NCBI GenBank assembly: GCA_963714855.1
Contig: CAVQPT010000021.1
Coordinates: 192,030-256,029, forward strand
Reading direction: 5' to 3'
DNA length: 64,000 nt
From: an uncultured Bacteroidota bacterium
GTDB lineage: Bacteria > Bacteroidota > Ignavibacteria > UBA10030 > UBA6906
Shown here: positions 9,864 through 19,980 of the stretch, piece after piece
Layout: each line of letters begins with the position of its first letter
Numbering within the stretch: position 1 is the stretch's first letter
Made by a program: the position numbers and the translations under genes
Notes under the pieces: generated by a model
Told to the model about the DNA's origin: nothing
Database searches by the model: none
The model's input: only the letters and a program-made list of their open reading frames with translations

Positions 9864-9965
9864 CGGAGTGCGAAATAACGGGTGTCAGATTCAACGAAGA
9901 TTAAAAGTACGACAAACTTTTTGAAGTGTCAAGGAACCCTCTCCCGAAACAGAGCACAATCGGAA

Positions 9966-11120
9966 TCATGCAGGCAGACAGATCTGTAGAAGGTCGGAGA
10001 GCTGTTGGGAAGTGAAGATCTGTTCAAAACGGAGCGATTCGGCAGGAACCGGACGGTCTGCCACGGTAAGAGTCTGCAAACCGGCATGCGTCCGCAGGTC
10101 ACCAATATGTTGGAGCTGCAAACCGCCGCCAGCGCGAAGGACCATGAGGCCAAGATCAACGGTGTGCGTCCATCCGGACGGATGCTGCATCAACACCCCT
10201 CTCACGAGCACATCGACCACCCTCTTTCCGTTCTGAGGAAGACGGGTGTAGTAGTCAAGCTCGGTGTCCTCATACGCGCCACTGGCAATCGCACGAAGGG
10301 CAGTGAGTATCCCCACGACATTGAGCTTCCGGACGAACTCCTTCTTCGGATCCTGCGGCCAGTGACCCGATTCAATCAACACCGTGCTTGTCCCGGTACC
10401 CTGAAAAAGATCACCGAATGCTCTCGGTTCGTGGACGTCGTCATAGCGCGTGAGGTGGCCGCGGGCGAGCGGCTCGAGAATGCGGCTGACCAGCGCCCCG
10501 ACATGCATGGCGCGCAATCGCGTTGGCGTGGCGGAGCGATCGGGTGACGGCGGGGGAGCAAGAAGGGCAAGCGCCGCGACCGCAGATGAGTCGCCGACCG
10601 AACTCAACTCCTGATCATGAAGATTGAACCCGAACTCGGGGCGCAGCCGCCGCTGCGTGTCAAACAACACACGCGCCTCGGGTGACGCCAGAACCAGCGC
10701 GTCACGGTTGACATCGATCCCCACGGCATTCCGCCTCTGCTTCCGTTCCGCCCCATCAGGATTCACGAGCGGAATCATATGCACCGTACTGCCCTGTAGC
10801 AGGATTCTCACCCAGGGCTCATCGTGCAAAAGAACCAGCGCATGAAGAATATCCATCAATGCCAGCGTGGCCGTTGGTTCATCGCCATGCATTTGCGACC
10901 AGAGCATCACCCGGCGTGCGCCGTTCCCTGCACTCGCCATCGTGAGGACACGCCCCTCGAGCGAGCGACCGATGTCCTCGAGTCTCAGCAGCGGGCTTGC
11001 TGCCAGCTGCCGGAGCTCTCTCTGGATTGGTGCGTGGGTGCAGTCGGAGGGCGTGAGGTGGTCTGCCCGGAACTCCGGATAGATCGCAGCAACGTGGGAA
11101 GCAAATTCCGCCGGTCTCAT
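9966..11120 (-). CDS. M14-family zinc carboxypeptidase-like protein
   Basis: HGDE (HxxE zinc ligand), NPDG and DVNRD motifs in the order typical of M14 / succinylglutamate-desuccinylase-like peptidases. Confidence 0.6.
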   Translation of the reverse strand: MRPAEFASHVAAIYPEFRADHLTPSDCTHAPIQRELRQLAASPLLRLEDIGRSLEGRVLTMASAGNGARRVMLWSQMHGDEPTATLALMDILHALVLLHDEPWVRILLQGSTVHMIPLVNPDGAERKQRRNAVGIDVNRDALVLASPEARVLFDTQRRLRPEFGFNLHDQELSSVGDSSAVAALALLAPPPSPDRSATPTRLRAMHVGALVSRILEPLARGHLTRYDDVHEPRAFGDLFQGTGTSTVLIESGHWPQDPKKEFVRKLNVVGILTALRAIASGAYEDTELDYYTRLPQNGKRVVDVLVRGVLMQHPSGWTHTVDLGLMVLRAGGGLQLQHIGDLRTHAGLQTLTVADRPVPAESLRFEQIFTSQQLSDLLQICLPA

Positions 11121-14100
11121 CGTTGCAGAGCCTCGAAGTACTTCTTGATCAGCTCCTGATAGTCGCGCGCATACCCTTCTTCCAGCGCGCGCAGGAGATC
11201 ACGCTGTAGCCGGTTTCGTCCTTCCTGTGTTGAGAGGTCGATCTCCGGCGGACTCTGGCGGGCCGTGGTTGTGCCGCTCTCCGCTCTGCGTCTCTTCTCG
11301 AAATCCCGTTCCCGCATGGAGCGCTGGGCATCGAGCAGACGCGAAAGAATGCGATCCTGCTTGCGGAGTGTTTCCGGATTGACCGAACCTCCGGCAAGGT
11401 CAGTCTGAACTTCCCGCATATCCTGTGCGACCCTGTTGAGATCGCCCAGCAGTTTGCTCAATTCTCCTGCCCGCGAAGCCTCGCGTGCAAGGTCCTCGAG
11501 CGACTTTCGCACCATCCCCTGTTCGCCGGCCAGGCGTCCGAGTTCGGCGGCCTGTTCCGGAGTAAGCCCCCGTGTGGCATCATTGATCCCCTGCTGTTGT
11601 CCGCCGAGTTGCTGAAGGCGTTGAAGGAACCCTCCCATGCCCATGCCCTGTCCTCCCCCCTGCATCATCCCCTGCGCCGCATCCTGCAGCTGCTGGGCGA
11701 TCTGGTTAAGCGCTCCCATGGCACCGCTCTGCTGCTGCGCCGCGGCCCCGCCGTTGCGCTGGTCCAGCGACTGCAGAGCGTCGGTCATTTTTTGCATCGC
11801 CTCGCCGATGGCTTTGCCCATCTCGGGAGAGATGGAGAACGTCTTCTGGGAAAGCGCCGACAACCTGTTGGTGATGTTGCCCAGGTCGCGGAGGACGTTC
11901 ATCTGCTCCTGCGCGTTCTCCCGGAATCGCTGCGATGTCGGATCCATGGCGCGCGAGCTGTTCTTCAGTTCCTCCTCGCGCCGCGACAGCTCCAGCAGGT
12001 CATGCGCCGCACGCCGCATCTCGTTCACAATCTGGCGCTGCTGGTTCTGCAGCATCTGCTGCTTCATCTGCTGGAGCCCCTGCATCATCTGGCCCATCTT
12101 CTGCATGGCCTGTTGCTGCTGCGTCGCCGCGCGGTCCATCTCTCCGCGCTCCATCTGCTCGCTGATCTCCCGCAGCAGCTTCTCCAGGTCTTCCTGCTTC
12201 ATGTTCTGGAGAAGGTCCTGCATCTCCTTGACGGGCATCTCCGCAGGAAATTCTTCCATGCTTTTCTCAAGCTCCGCAAGTTCTTTCTCGAGCTTCTGAT
12301 ACTTCTCGCGGACATCGTCCTGACTCCGTTGCGCCTCCTGCATCTTCCGCTCGCTCCGCCGGAGCGAATCGGCCATTTCTTTGTGCAACTCCTCCTGCTT
12401 CCCGAGCATCTCCTCCGTCCGTTTGAGCATTTCGTCCATCTTCTGCTCGATCCGGATCCGTTTCAGCAAATTCAGCGTCCGTTCGATACTCTTCCGGAAC
12501 TGTTCCTCGGAGAAAGAAAATTTCTGCAGCGCCTGTTTCATGGCTTCCGGACTCATCTGTTGCATTGCGTCCTGGAGCCGCTTCATGGCCTCGGCGAATT
12601 CCGGTGAATTCATCTCGGTCATCACCTGCTGCAGCTCCTGGTACTTCTGGAGCGTTTCTTCTGAAATCACTTTCTTGTTCTGCATCTCGTCCAGCATCGT
12701 ATCCATGGTGCGCTGAACGTCTTCCATTCTCTTCTGGATCTCTTCATACCGGCGAACCAGTTCCTCGGCCTTCTTCTGGTCTTCCCACGTCATCTTCTGA
12801 TCTGGCTTCTTCATCTCGCGGGCGAGATCATCCAGCTCTTTCTTCGCCTCCTTGGCCTCGGTCAGCGACTGCTGCAACGTCTCGCTGCTCTGGTCGTGTC
12901 CTTTGTCCACTGCGGCGAAGACCTCTTCGAGGGATGGAAGCCGGAGATAAAAGACGGCACTTGAAGCCGACTTTGGACCGCTGACAGCATCGTTGTCAAA
13001 CACCTCCGCATAGTACTGGACGACATCTTCCGGACCGAGGCGCAGCGTGGAGAGATCCCAGGTGTATGGGACCAGCCACTCCTGTCCCGCCCGACCCGTC
13101 AGTGGAATATCGATGAAGGTAAACTCCGGAGCAGCCTGTTCATACTTCGACTGCACAAGCTTGTGCCCGATGCGCAGGCGCGAGAGACCATAATCGTCGG
13201 ATGCCCGTATGAGCACCGCCAGCTTCTCGTCGCCTGAAACATTCAGGTTTATTCCCGGGGCAACGATGGCAACGGTTGGCGCCGCATCAGAGACAACACG
13301 GAGGGTGTAGTCGATGGGATCGGCATTTGCCACGCCATCGCGGTCCTTCACCACCAGATGATACCGTCGCTCTTTGTGGTGGGCCAGCCGGCCGGCGGCG
13401 TTTTTTCCCGTCACCTGCAGAGCCTGTGCCGTGCTATCACTAAAATACACGACGGCCTGGGCAAGCTCTTTCGTCGTCTCCACCTCCATCTGAATAGTCG
13501 TTCCGGCGGGCGCTGTTACATCACCGATGTTGTCATCCATCCGCAGGGAGGCCAGCCCTGTGTAGGGCGGGTAGAGGAGACGCAGGCGGAGGATATTGAC
13601 CACCGGACGATCCAGCACACGCAGGAGATATTCCGAGCTTGCATACGGACCGGCTTCGACACGATAGTGCATGGAAAGCCGGACGCTTGCAAGCGTCGTC
13701 CCGTACATCTGCTCTCCGTGCCGATCGAGGGGGCGCTCTTCAAACGCTAGTTGTCCTTCCGGCCGGACCAGCAGGCGAATCGGATGGTCTGTGCTCCCCC
13801 GAACCAGTGCGGTGATGACAACATCGTCACCTTTCACGATCTCTGCATTTCCTGGTTCCACAGCAATTGTGACATCCGGCGCGAGAGTGAACTCGGTACT
13901 GTAGTGAAGCAACCGGTATGCGGCGCCTCCGAGCGTCCCGGGAAGAAGGACAAGGCCGGCAACGATCGCAAACACTACGGCAGGGAAGAACCGGACCAAC
14001 GACCGGAGGCCTGAACGGTCGACCAGGACGGTGAAATCAAGCGGCTGCACTTCTTCCGACAGGTCGCGGAACGACGCATCGATGAGGTCGAGCGAATACA

Positions 14101-14509
14101 ATCGCCCCGAAGCCTCCCGATCGCGCAGAAGCTGGAGCAGGTTGAGGAGGCGGTCCTTGATGTGCGGAAAACCTCGGCCGACGCGGTCAGCAGTCTGTTC
14201 GTCCGCTTCGTAGCCGAGAAGCCCCAGCAGCCGACCGAGAGGTTTGCCGGCAATCCACACGAAATATCCCACGACACCGGCTGCGGAAAACAGAACCAGC
14301 ACTGTGCGGGTGAAAGGGGGGAGGTGGAGGAGTGATTCAACGATGAGGAGTACAACAAACAGGGCGAGGGCCAGGAGGCCCGTGCGCAGCACTGCCTGCA
14401 CGACCCGTGTCGTTGCTTCCGCGTGCCGCAGCACCTGCAGCCTCCGGAGGATCTCCTCCACACCGATCGGTCCCTGCTGGTCCATCTGGCTCACCTGCGT
14501 AGTGCCCAC
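11117..14509 (-). CDS. giant double-TM-anchored coiled-coil protein (DUF4175-like)
   Basis: 1130 aa. Two N-terminal TM helices, a central beta-rich region, then ~500 aa of K/E/Q/M-rich coiled coil. A Q/G-rich low-complexity stretch (QGMMQGGGQGMGMGG) precedes the C-terminus. Its start overlaps the upstream DUF4159-like gene. Confidence 0.5.
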   Translation of the reverse strand: MGTTQVSQMDQQGPIGVEEILRRLQVLRHAEATTRVVQAVLRTGLLALALFVVLLIVESLLHLPPFTRTVLVLFSAAGVVGYFVWIAGKPLGRLLGLLGYEADEQTADRVGRGFPHIKDRLLNLLQLLRDREASGRLYSLDLIDASFRDLSEEVQPLDFTVLVDRSGLRSLVRFFPAVVFAIVAGLVLLPGTLGGAAYRLLHYSTEFTLAPDVTIAVEPGNAEIVKGDDVVITALVRGSTDHPIRLLVRPEGQLAFEERPLDRHGEQMYGTTLASVRLSMHYRVEAGPYASSEYLLRVLDRPVVNILRLRLLYPPYTGLASLRMDDNIGDVTAPAGTTIQMEVETTKELAQAVVYFSDSTAQALQVTGKNAAGRLAHHKERRYHLVVKDRDGVANADPIDYTLRVVSDAAPTVAIVAPGINLNVSGDEKLAVLIRASDDYGLSRLRIGHKLVQSKYEQAAPEFTFIDIPLTGRAGQEWLVPYTWDLSTLRLGPEDVVQYYAEVFDNDAVSGPKSASSAVFYLRLPSLEEVFAAVDKGHDQSSETLQQSLTEAKEAKKELDDLAREMKKPDQKMTWEDQKKAEELVRRYEEIQKRMEDVQRTMDTMLDEMQNKKVISEETLQKYQELQQVMTEMNSPEFAEAMKRLQDAMQQMSPEAMKQALQKFSFSEEQFRKSIERTLNLLKRIRIEQKMDEMLKRTEEMLGKQEELHKEMADSLRRSERKMQEAQRSQDDVREKYQKLEKELAELEKSMEEFPAEMPVKEMQDLLQNMKQEDLEKLLREISEQMERGEMDRAATQQQQAMQKMGQMMQGLQQMKQQMLQNQQRQIVNEMRRAAHDLLELSRREEELKNSSRAMDPTSQRFRENAQEQMNVLRDLGNITNRLSALSQKTFSISPEMGKAIGEAMQKMTDALQSLDQRNGGAAAQQQSGAMGALNQIAQQLQDAAQGMMQGGGQGMGMGGFLQRLQQLGGQQQGINDATRGLTPEQAAELGRLAGEQGMVRKSLEDLAREASRAGELSKLLGDLNRVAQDMREVQTDLAGGSVNPETLRKQDRILSRLLDAQRSMRERDFEKRRRAESGTTTARQSPPEIDLSTQEGRNRLQRDLLRALEEGYARDYQELIKKYFEALQR

Positions 14510-15159
14510 ACCACGATATTGGTCCCGAACCGGAGCGCTTCCTCACGCTTTGCGGGAGGGTCGCCATGCACGTCTGGATCTGCCCACCCGTCGCTGGGAT
14601 TACTTTCAACGGTATAATAGACGACCAGTCTCCCGTTTGCAAAAAGTCCGTATCCCCGGGGTTGTTTATCGTCGTGTGCATGAGTCTTGGGTGGGCCGGA
14701 CGGGAACGCAAACGGGGCCTGGTACAGTCCCGATGAGAAGGGCACTTCAACAAAATCCTGGTCGGGGAAGACTTTCTTCATTTCCCTGCGAAATGCCCTG
14801 TCCATGCCGTAGTCATCGTCGGCATAAAGGAACCCCCCGTTTCCGAGGTAGGTCCTGAGATTACGCACGTCCTGTTCGGAGAACGCGATATTCCCATGGC
14901 CGGTCAGGAAGACGAGGGGATAGGAAAAGAGCTGCTCGTTGCCGACCTCGACGGCTGTATAGGTCGGGTCCACATCAATGCCGGTCTGCCGTTGTACGAA
15001 CTGAAGGAGGTTTACTTCGGCGGTCGGGTCGTTGTACCAGTCGCCTCCGCCCGCATACTTCAGACGCGCGATACGGACGGCGCTTGTCGGACGGGAGGGC
15101 TGCACGAATGCATCCGCCGCAAAAACTCCAAGAAAGAGAATCAGAAGAAGAATACGCAT
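14491..15159 (-). CDS. secreted DUF4159-like protein
   Basis: Signal peptide (MRILLLILFLGVFAADA), then ARLKYAGGGDWYNDP...FLTGHGNIAFSEQDVRNLRTYLGNGGFLYADDDYG. The family assignment is from memory, not from a search. Confidence 0.4.
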   Translation of the reverse strand: MRILLLILFLGVFAADAFVQPSRPTSAVRIARLKYAGGGDWYNDPTAEVNLLQFVQRQTGIDVDPTYTAVEVGNEQLFSYPLVFLTGHGNIAFSEQDVRNLRTYLGNGGFLYADDDYGMDRAFRREMKKVFPDQDFVEVPFSSGLYQAPFAFPSGPPKTHAHDDKQPRGYGLFANGRLVVYYTVESNPSDGWADPDVHGDPPAKREEALRFGTNIVVWALRR

Positions 15160-15184
15160 GAACAAAAGGTAGAAAAGGAGGGAA

Positions 15185-15231
15185 GAAGAAGCAACCACGG
15201 CGCCTGCAGCTATCTGGCTTGCAGGCGCCGC
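15185..15231 (-). terminator. intrinsic terminator downstream of ftsZ (end of dcw cluster)
   Basis: 11-bp perfect stem CGGCGCCTGCA/TGCAGGCGCCG with an 11-nt loop. On the transcribed (minus) strand it is followed by a U-rich tract (UUGCUUCUUCUUCCCUCCUUUUCUACCUUUUGUUC). Confidence 0.45.
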
Positions 15232-15293
15232 GCATCAGGAGGAGTGTCTCGACGGACGTCGGCCGTCCGCCATCCGGACAATGCGGAGTGCTG

Positions 15294-16475
15294 TTAGTCC
15301 ATCACCTTGCGCAGAAATGCCGGCTTGTCGTGATCGCTCTTGTCGATCTTGTCTTTCGGCATCTCCTGCTCGCCCCGTTGTGTCGGCAGATTGATAGGGA
15401 CCCCGCGACGGACATAGGCGGGCTCGTCGAGCAGCTGCAGATCGTTTACCCCCGAAGGAATACGGTCCACCGGTTTGGCACTTTTCGCATGGCGGGAAGC
15501 CGCCGTCTGTTGAGCGGTGCGCCGGTTAAACCCGGTAGCAATGACGGTCACCATGATCTCGTCTGTCATCTTCTCGTCGATGACCGCACCCAGGATGACG
15601 TTGGCATCTTCACCCGCTGCGTCATGGATGATCTCCGTCGCCTCCTCAACCTCGAACAGGGAGAGGGAAGAACCGCCGGTGATGTTCACCAGCACGCCCT
15701 GGGCACCGCTGATGGAGACGTCCTCAAGCAACGGACTGGAGATGGCCATGTTGGCCGCCTCTACCGCGCGGTTGTCACCGTCGGCTACGCCCGAGCCCAT
15801 CACCGCATCGCCCATCTCCCGCATCACGGTCCGCACGTCCGCGAAATCGACATTGATCAGTCCGGGAACGGTGATCAGCTCGGAGATGCCGCGCGTGGCT
15901 CCGTGAAGGACCTGGTTCGCAATCTCAAAAGCTTCGGTGAGCGGCGTGTTGCGCTCCACGATGGTCAGCAGCTTCTGGTTGGGGATGATAATGAGCGTAT
16001 CGACCTGCTTGCGCAGCTCGTCGAGCCCCTGATCGGCCTGAGAAGAGCGTTTCTTCCCCTCACAGTGGAACGGGCGTGTGACAATCCCGACGACCAGTGC
16101 GCCGAGGCTGCGGGCGATGTTGGCAACGAGGGGTGCACCACCGGTCCCCGTACCGCCGCCCATTCCTGCGGTCACAAAAACCATATCGCTGCCGGTCAGG
16201 GACCGGGCAATCTCCTCGCGGTCTTCTTCCACCGCACGGTAGCCGATCGTGGGGTCAGCGCCGGCGCCGAGGCCGCGGGTCAGGTTCTTGCCGATCTGTA
16301 TTTTGTGCGCCGCCGCGCTGTTCTGCAGAGCCTGCAGGTCGGTGTTGATCGCGAAGAAGTCCACACCGTGCAGACCTTTTTTGATCATGCTGTTGACGGC
16401 GTTGCCTCCGCCGCCACCCACGCCGACGACCCTGATTTTTGCACCACGATCGAAGCCATTGTCCAGTTCGATCAC
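15294..16475 (-). CDS. ftsZ: cell division GTPase FtsZ
   Basis: Tubulin signature GGGTGTG ([16 protein letters not shown]), N-terminus [17 protein letters not shown], and an acidic/hydrophobic C-terminal tail [11 protein letters not shown]. Confidence 0.97.
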   Translation of the reverse strand: MIELDNGFDRGAKIRVVGVGGGGGNAVNSMIKKGLHGVDFFAINTDLQALQNSAAAHKIQIGKNLTRGLGAGADPTIGYRAVEEDREEIARSLTGSDMVFVTAGMGGGTGTGGAPLVANIARSLGALVVGIVTRPFHCEGKKRSSQADQGLDELRKQVDTLIIIPNQKLLTIVERNTPLTEAFEIANQVLHGATRGISELITVPGLINVDFADVRTVMREMGDAVMGSGVADGDNRAVEAANMAISSPLLEDVSISGAQGVLVNITGGSSLSLFEVEEATEIIHDAAGEDANVILGAVIDEKMTDEIMVTVIATGFNRRTAQQTAASRHAKSAKPVDRIPSGVNDLQLLDEPAYVRRGVPINLPTQRGEQEMPKDKIDKSDHDKPAFLRKVMD

Positions 16476-16523
16476 CGGTAATCCTCCTATGGGTTATGGG
16501 TTACACTTGTTTCAGGATTCACC

Positions 16524-17783
16524 CTAGAGCGCATCAAACCATGCACGCACTTTCCGGGCGACCCCGCTGAATGTCCGTTCTTTTGTCACCGATGCACTGC
16601 CCATGCTGCCGGTGGATTGCGAGTGCTTCAAACCATGATAGATCAACCCCACGGCCGTGGCATAGGCCGGATTCTCAATCTCCCGCACAAGGCCGCCGGA
16701 AAAACCGGCCGGGATGCCGATCTTGACCGGCATGCCGAGGACATCGCGCGCCAGGTCGGCCGTCCCTTTGACGAGCGCACCGCCGCCGGTGAGCACAACG
16801 CCCCCCGCCAGGTGTTTCGCATAGCCGGACCGTTTGATTTCCAGTGCCGCGATTTCCAGGATCTCTTCCATGCGCGGCTGTATGATCTGCGCAAGAACAC
16901 GCTTGTCGATCTCCACCGGCGTGCGGCCGCCGACCCCCGGGAGCACCAGAGGTTCATTGTCGATCACCGAGGAGACATATGCGCAGCCATGCTCTCTCTT
17001 CAGCCGTTCCGCCTGCTCGGTGAGAATGCCAAGCCCCTTGCGGATATCATCGGTGACCTTGCGCCCCGCAACACCGATCACCGCCGTGTGACGGATGGTA
17101 CGCTCTTCAAACACCGCGAGGTCCGTCGTGCCGCCACCGATGTCCAGCAGCGCTATGCCCACTTCCTTTTCTTCATCATCAAGCACCGCATAGCTGGAGG
17201 CCAGCGGCTCCAGAACCATGTCGCTGATCTCCAGTCCGGCGCGCTGGACGCACTTGTAGATGTTCTGGGCGGCGCTGACGAGCCCGGTGATGATGTGCAC
17301 ATTGGCTTCCATCCTCACACCCGACATGCCGAGCGGATCGTAGATGCCATCCTGTCCGTCGATAATGAATTCCTGGGGGATCACGTGGATGATCTTTCTG
17401 TCAGCCGGAAGGGAAACCCGTTTGGTGTCCTCGATCAGCCGGTCGATGTCGGCACGCGTCACTTCATGCTCGGGGCCGCTGATGCCAATCACACCCCGGC
17501 TCTGAAAGCTCTGGATATGGTCGCCGGCAATGCCCACGATCACGGAGCGGATGGCCACACCGGACGAAGCCTGTGCTTCGGCGATCGCGTGGGCCACGGA
17601 AGCCGTCGTCCGGTCGATGTGGGTCACCACGCCGCGGGTGATCCCGTCGGAAACGGCACGGCCGATGCCCAGGATATTCACCTTGCCGTTTGCATCGGTC
17701 CCGGCAACAACCACACAGATCTTTGTGGTGCCGATATCCAGACCTACGATCATATTGTCCATTGTGATTCCTTCCGGAGACAA
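16524..17783 (-). CDS. ftsA: cell division protein FtsA
   Basis: Actin-like ATPase motifs (VGLDIGTTKICVVVA, DIGGGTTDLAVF) and a C-terminal amphipathic helix. Confidence 0.95.
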   Translation of the reverse strand: MSPEGITMDNMIVGLDIGTTKICVVVAGTDANGKVNILGIGRAVSDGITRGVVTHIDRTTASVAHAIAEAQASSGVAIRSVIVGIAGDHIQSFQSRGVIGISGPEHEVTRADIDRLIEDTKRVSLPADRKIIHVIPQEFIIDGQDGIYDPLGMSGVRMEANVHIITGLVSAAQNIYKCVQRAGLEISDMVLEPLASSYAVLDDEEKEVGIALLDIGGGTTDLAVFEERTIRHTAVIGVAGRKVTDDIRKGLGILTEQAERLKREHGCAYVSSVIDNEPLVLPGVGGRTPVEIDKRVLAQIIQPRMEEILEIAALEIKRSGYAKHLAGGVVLTGGGALVKGTADLARDVLGMPVKIGIPAGFSGGLVREIENPAYATAVGLIYHGLKHSQSTGSMGSASVTKERTFSGVARKVRAWFDAL

Positions 17784-17786
17784 GAT

Positions 17787-18581
17787 TCAGTTCGACACGA
17801 TTTCGGTTGACGGATCCCAGCGCGCGATGACCTGCCCGGCAAAACGGAGGTCCAGCGCGCGCAGAGCGTTCGCACCACGGCTGCTCACGACGGCATTCCA
17901 GAACCCTTCCAGGAGCACCAGCTTGTTCACAACATCACCCCGCCCGAACGTCACGGGGATGCCATACTCTGCGGTGTACAGCACCAGATCACCATTTGAC
18001 GCCACATGCACCTCAGAGATCCGGTGATACAGACGATCCTGGAGCGTGCGCGCAACAAGCACAATCTCCAGTGCTTCCAGTACCGTAGGATGGCTCACGC
18101 GTTTTCCCGGTGTACAGGTCTGCAGCGATCCCGCACCGGTAATGACCGGGAGATCGAAGACTTCATCAGACCGGACCGGTGGAAGAATGATTCCCTCGGC
18201 ATCGATCATATACAGCCGGTCAGCGACAACAGCAGCCACGGGAATGCGTTCCAGGACGCGGATACGAATCCGGCTGGGATAATCCCTGTGCACGGAAACA
18301 TCCTTGAAAAACGTATTCTTCAGCACCCTGGTGCGTATGTCCGCGAGATCCACCTCTTCGAGGCGCTCGCCGATCGGTATATTTGCCGCACGAATGATCT
18401 TCTCCGACGGAACGATCCGGTTGCCTTCCACCCGGACGGTGCGGGCCATGAGGTCCGCCTTCCAGAGTTGGGCGCCTCCGGTGAGTGTCGCAACCAGAAG
18501 TGCGAGCACAATCAGAAGAACAAGGCCTCCGCGCCTTTTTCCTGTGTTCTCGGTGGATCGGCGTTGCCGGAAGAGAGGCAC
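17787..18581 (-). CDS. ftsQ: cell division protein FtsQ (POTRA domain)
   Basis: 264 aa, N-terminal TM helix and POTRA-like region. Sits in the canonical position between murC and ftsA. Confidence 0.75.
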   Translation of the reverse strand: MPLFRQRRSTENTGKRRGGLVLLIVLALLVATLTGGAQLWKADLMARTVRVEGNRIVPSEKIIRAANIPIGERLEEVDLADIRTRVLKNTFFKDVSVHRDYPSRIRIRVLERIPVAAVVADRLYMIDAEGIILPPVRSDEVFDLPVITGAGSLQTCTPGKRVSHPTVLEALEIVLVARTLQDRLYHRISEVHVASNGDLVLYTAEYGIPVTFGRGDVVNKLVLLEGFWNAVVSSRGANALRALDLRFAGQVIARWDPSTEIVSN

Positions 18582-18585
18582 TGTC

Positions 18586-19968
18586 TCAGCGCCCTCCTTT
18601 CAGTTGGGCAAGGAATTCCTCGCCGAACTTCCAGATGTCGCCCGCACCCATGGTGATGATGAAGTCCCCTTCGCGTTTCATCCCGTCGAGGAATGCAGGA
18701 ACCGTGGTTTTGTCGGCGACATAGTGCACCTGCTTGTGACCGAATTGTTTCGCCGCGTTGGCGATCAATTCGCCCGTCACTCCCTGAATCGGTTCCTCAC
18801 GGGCCGGGTAAACGTCCGTCACCACGAGCACATCGGCATTGAAGAACGATCGGCCGAACTCGTCATAGAAATCCCGGGTCCGCGAGTAGAGATGCGGTTG
18901 GAACACGCACACAACACGCCGCCGCCACCCGGCCTTCACACCTGCCAGCGTCGCTTTGATTTCCGTCGGGTGATGCGCATAGTCGTCGACGACCGTGATC
19001 CCGTTGATTTCACCTTTGACTTCCCAGCGCCGGAAGACGCCGGTGAACTTTTCAATCCCGGCCTTGACCTGCGCGAAGGGAACATCGAGCTCGAGACCGA
19101 CGGTGATGGCTGCAAGCGCGTTCTGCACGTTATGCTTGCCGGGGATCTGGATTTCAACGACACCCAGCTCGTCGCCGTTGCGCAGGACCGTAAAGCGGCT
19201 CCGGTTCTCTTTGTGCGAGATCTCGACCGCCTGCACGTCTGCCTGGCCATTCAGTCCGTAGGAAATGATCTTCTTCTTGATCTTCGGCATGATTTCCTGC
19301 AACGCGGGTTCGTCCAGGCAGAGGACGACAAACCCGTAAAACGGCACCTTGCCGGCGAACTGCAGGAAGGCCGATTTGATGTCCTCAAGGTCCCGGTAAC
19401 AGTCCAGATGATCTGTTTCCAGTGTTGTCAGAACTGCAATCGTGGGCGTGATGGAAAGGAACGAGCGGTCGTACTCGTCGGCTTCCACAACGATGAACTC
19501 TCCTTTGCCCATCCGCGCATTCGAACCGGCGAGACCATGCAGACGGCCTCCCACGATAACCGTCGGATCCACTCCTCCCTCCATCAGGACGAGACTGACC
19601 ATCGAGGTCGTCGTGGTTTTGCCGTGCGTGCCGGCGATGCCGATGCCGTATTTGAGACGCATGACCTCGGCCAGCATTTCGGCCCGCCGGATGACAGGGA
19701 TCGCGCGCTGGTGTGCAATAACGATTTCCGGATTGTCCGGCGGAATCGCCGATGAAAAGACCAGTGCATCGACGTCCTCTTCGACGTTACCGGCGCTATG
19801 GCCGACGTAGATGTGCGCACCCAGGGCAGCCAGCCGTTCGGTGTTGTCACTTGTCGCGCGGTCCGATCCGGTGATGGTGAATCCCTGATCGATCAGGATT
19901 TCCGCAATGCCGCTCATGCCGATGCCGCCGATGCCGACAAAGTGGAGTTTCTTAATTGAAGAAAACAT
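18586..19968 (-). CDS. murC: UDP-N-acetylmuramate--L-alanine ligase
   Basis: N-terminus HFVGIGGIGMSGIAEIL, Mur ligase P-loop GTHGKTTTTSM, and the DEYDRSF motif. Confidence 0.95.
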   Translation of the reverse strand: MFSSIKKLHFVGIGGIGMSGIAEILIDQGFTITGSDRATSDNTERLAALGAHIYVGHSAGNVEEDVDALVFSSAIPPDNPEIVIAHQRAIPVIRRAEMLAEVMRLKYGIGIAGTHGKTTTTSMVSLVLMEGGVDPTVIVGGRLHGLAGSNARMGKGEFIVVEADEYDRSFLSITPTIAVLTTLETDHLDCYRDLEDIKSAFLQFAGKVPFYGFVVLCLDEPALQEIMPKIKKKIISYGLNGQADVQAVEISHKENRSRFTVLRNGDELGVVEIQIPGKHNVQNALAAITVGLELDVPFAQVKAGIEKFTGVFRRWEVKGEINGITVVDDYAHHPTEIKATLAGVKAGWRRRVVCVFQPHLYSRTRDFYDEFGRSFFNADVLVVTDVYPAREEPIQGVTGELIANAAKQFGHKQVHYVADKTTVPAFLDGMKREGDFIITMGAGDIWKFGEEFLAQLKGGR

Positions 19969-19980
19969 GCCTGTCCGTCC

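Noticed and set aside
11597-12607. 336-aa and 220-aa plus-strand ORFs rich in Leu/His/Arg or Cys/Ser
   Set aside because: They lie antisense to the K/E/Q-rich coiled-coil region of the 1130-aa gene. They are low-complexity mirror images, not genes.
15219-19755. Long plus-strand ORFs (15219..16481, 16617..17810, 18304..19755; 400-480 aa)
   Set aside because: They are antisense to ftsZ, ftsA and murC, whose identities are unambiguous. This is a GC-rich antisense artifact.
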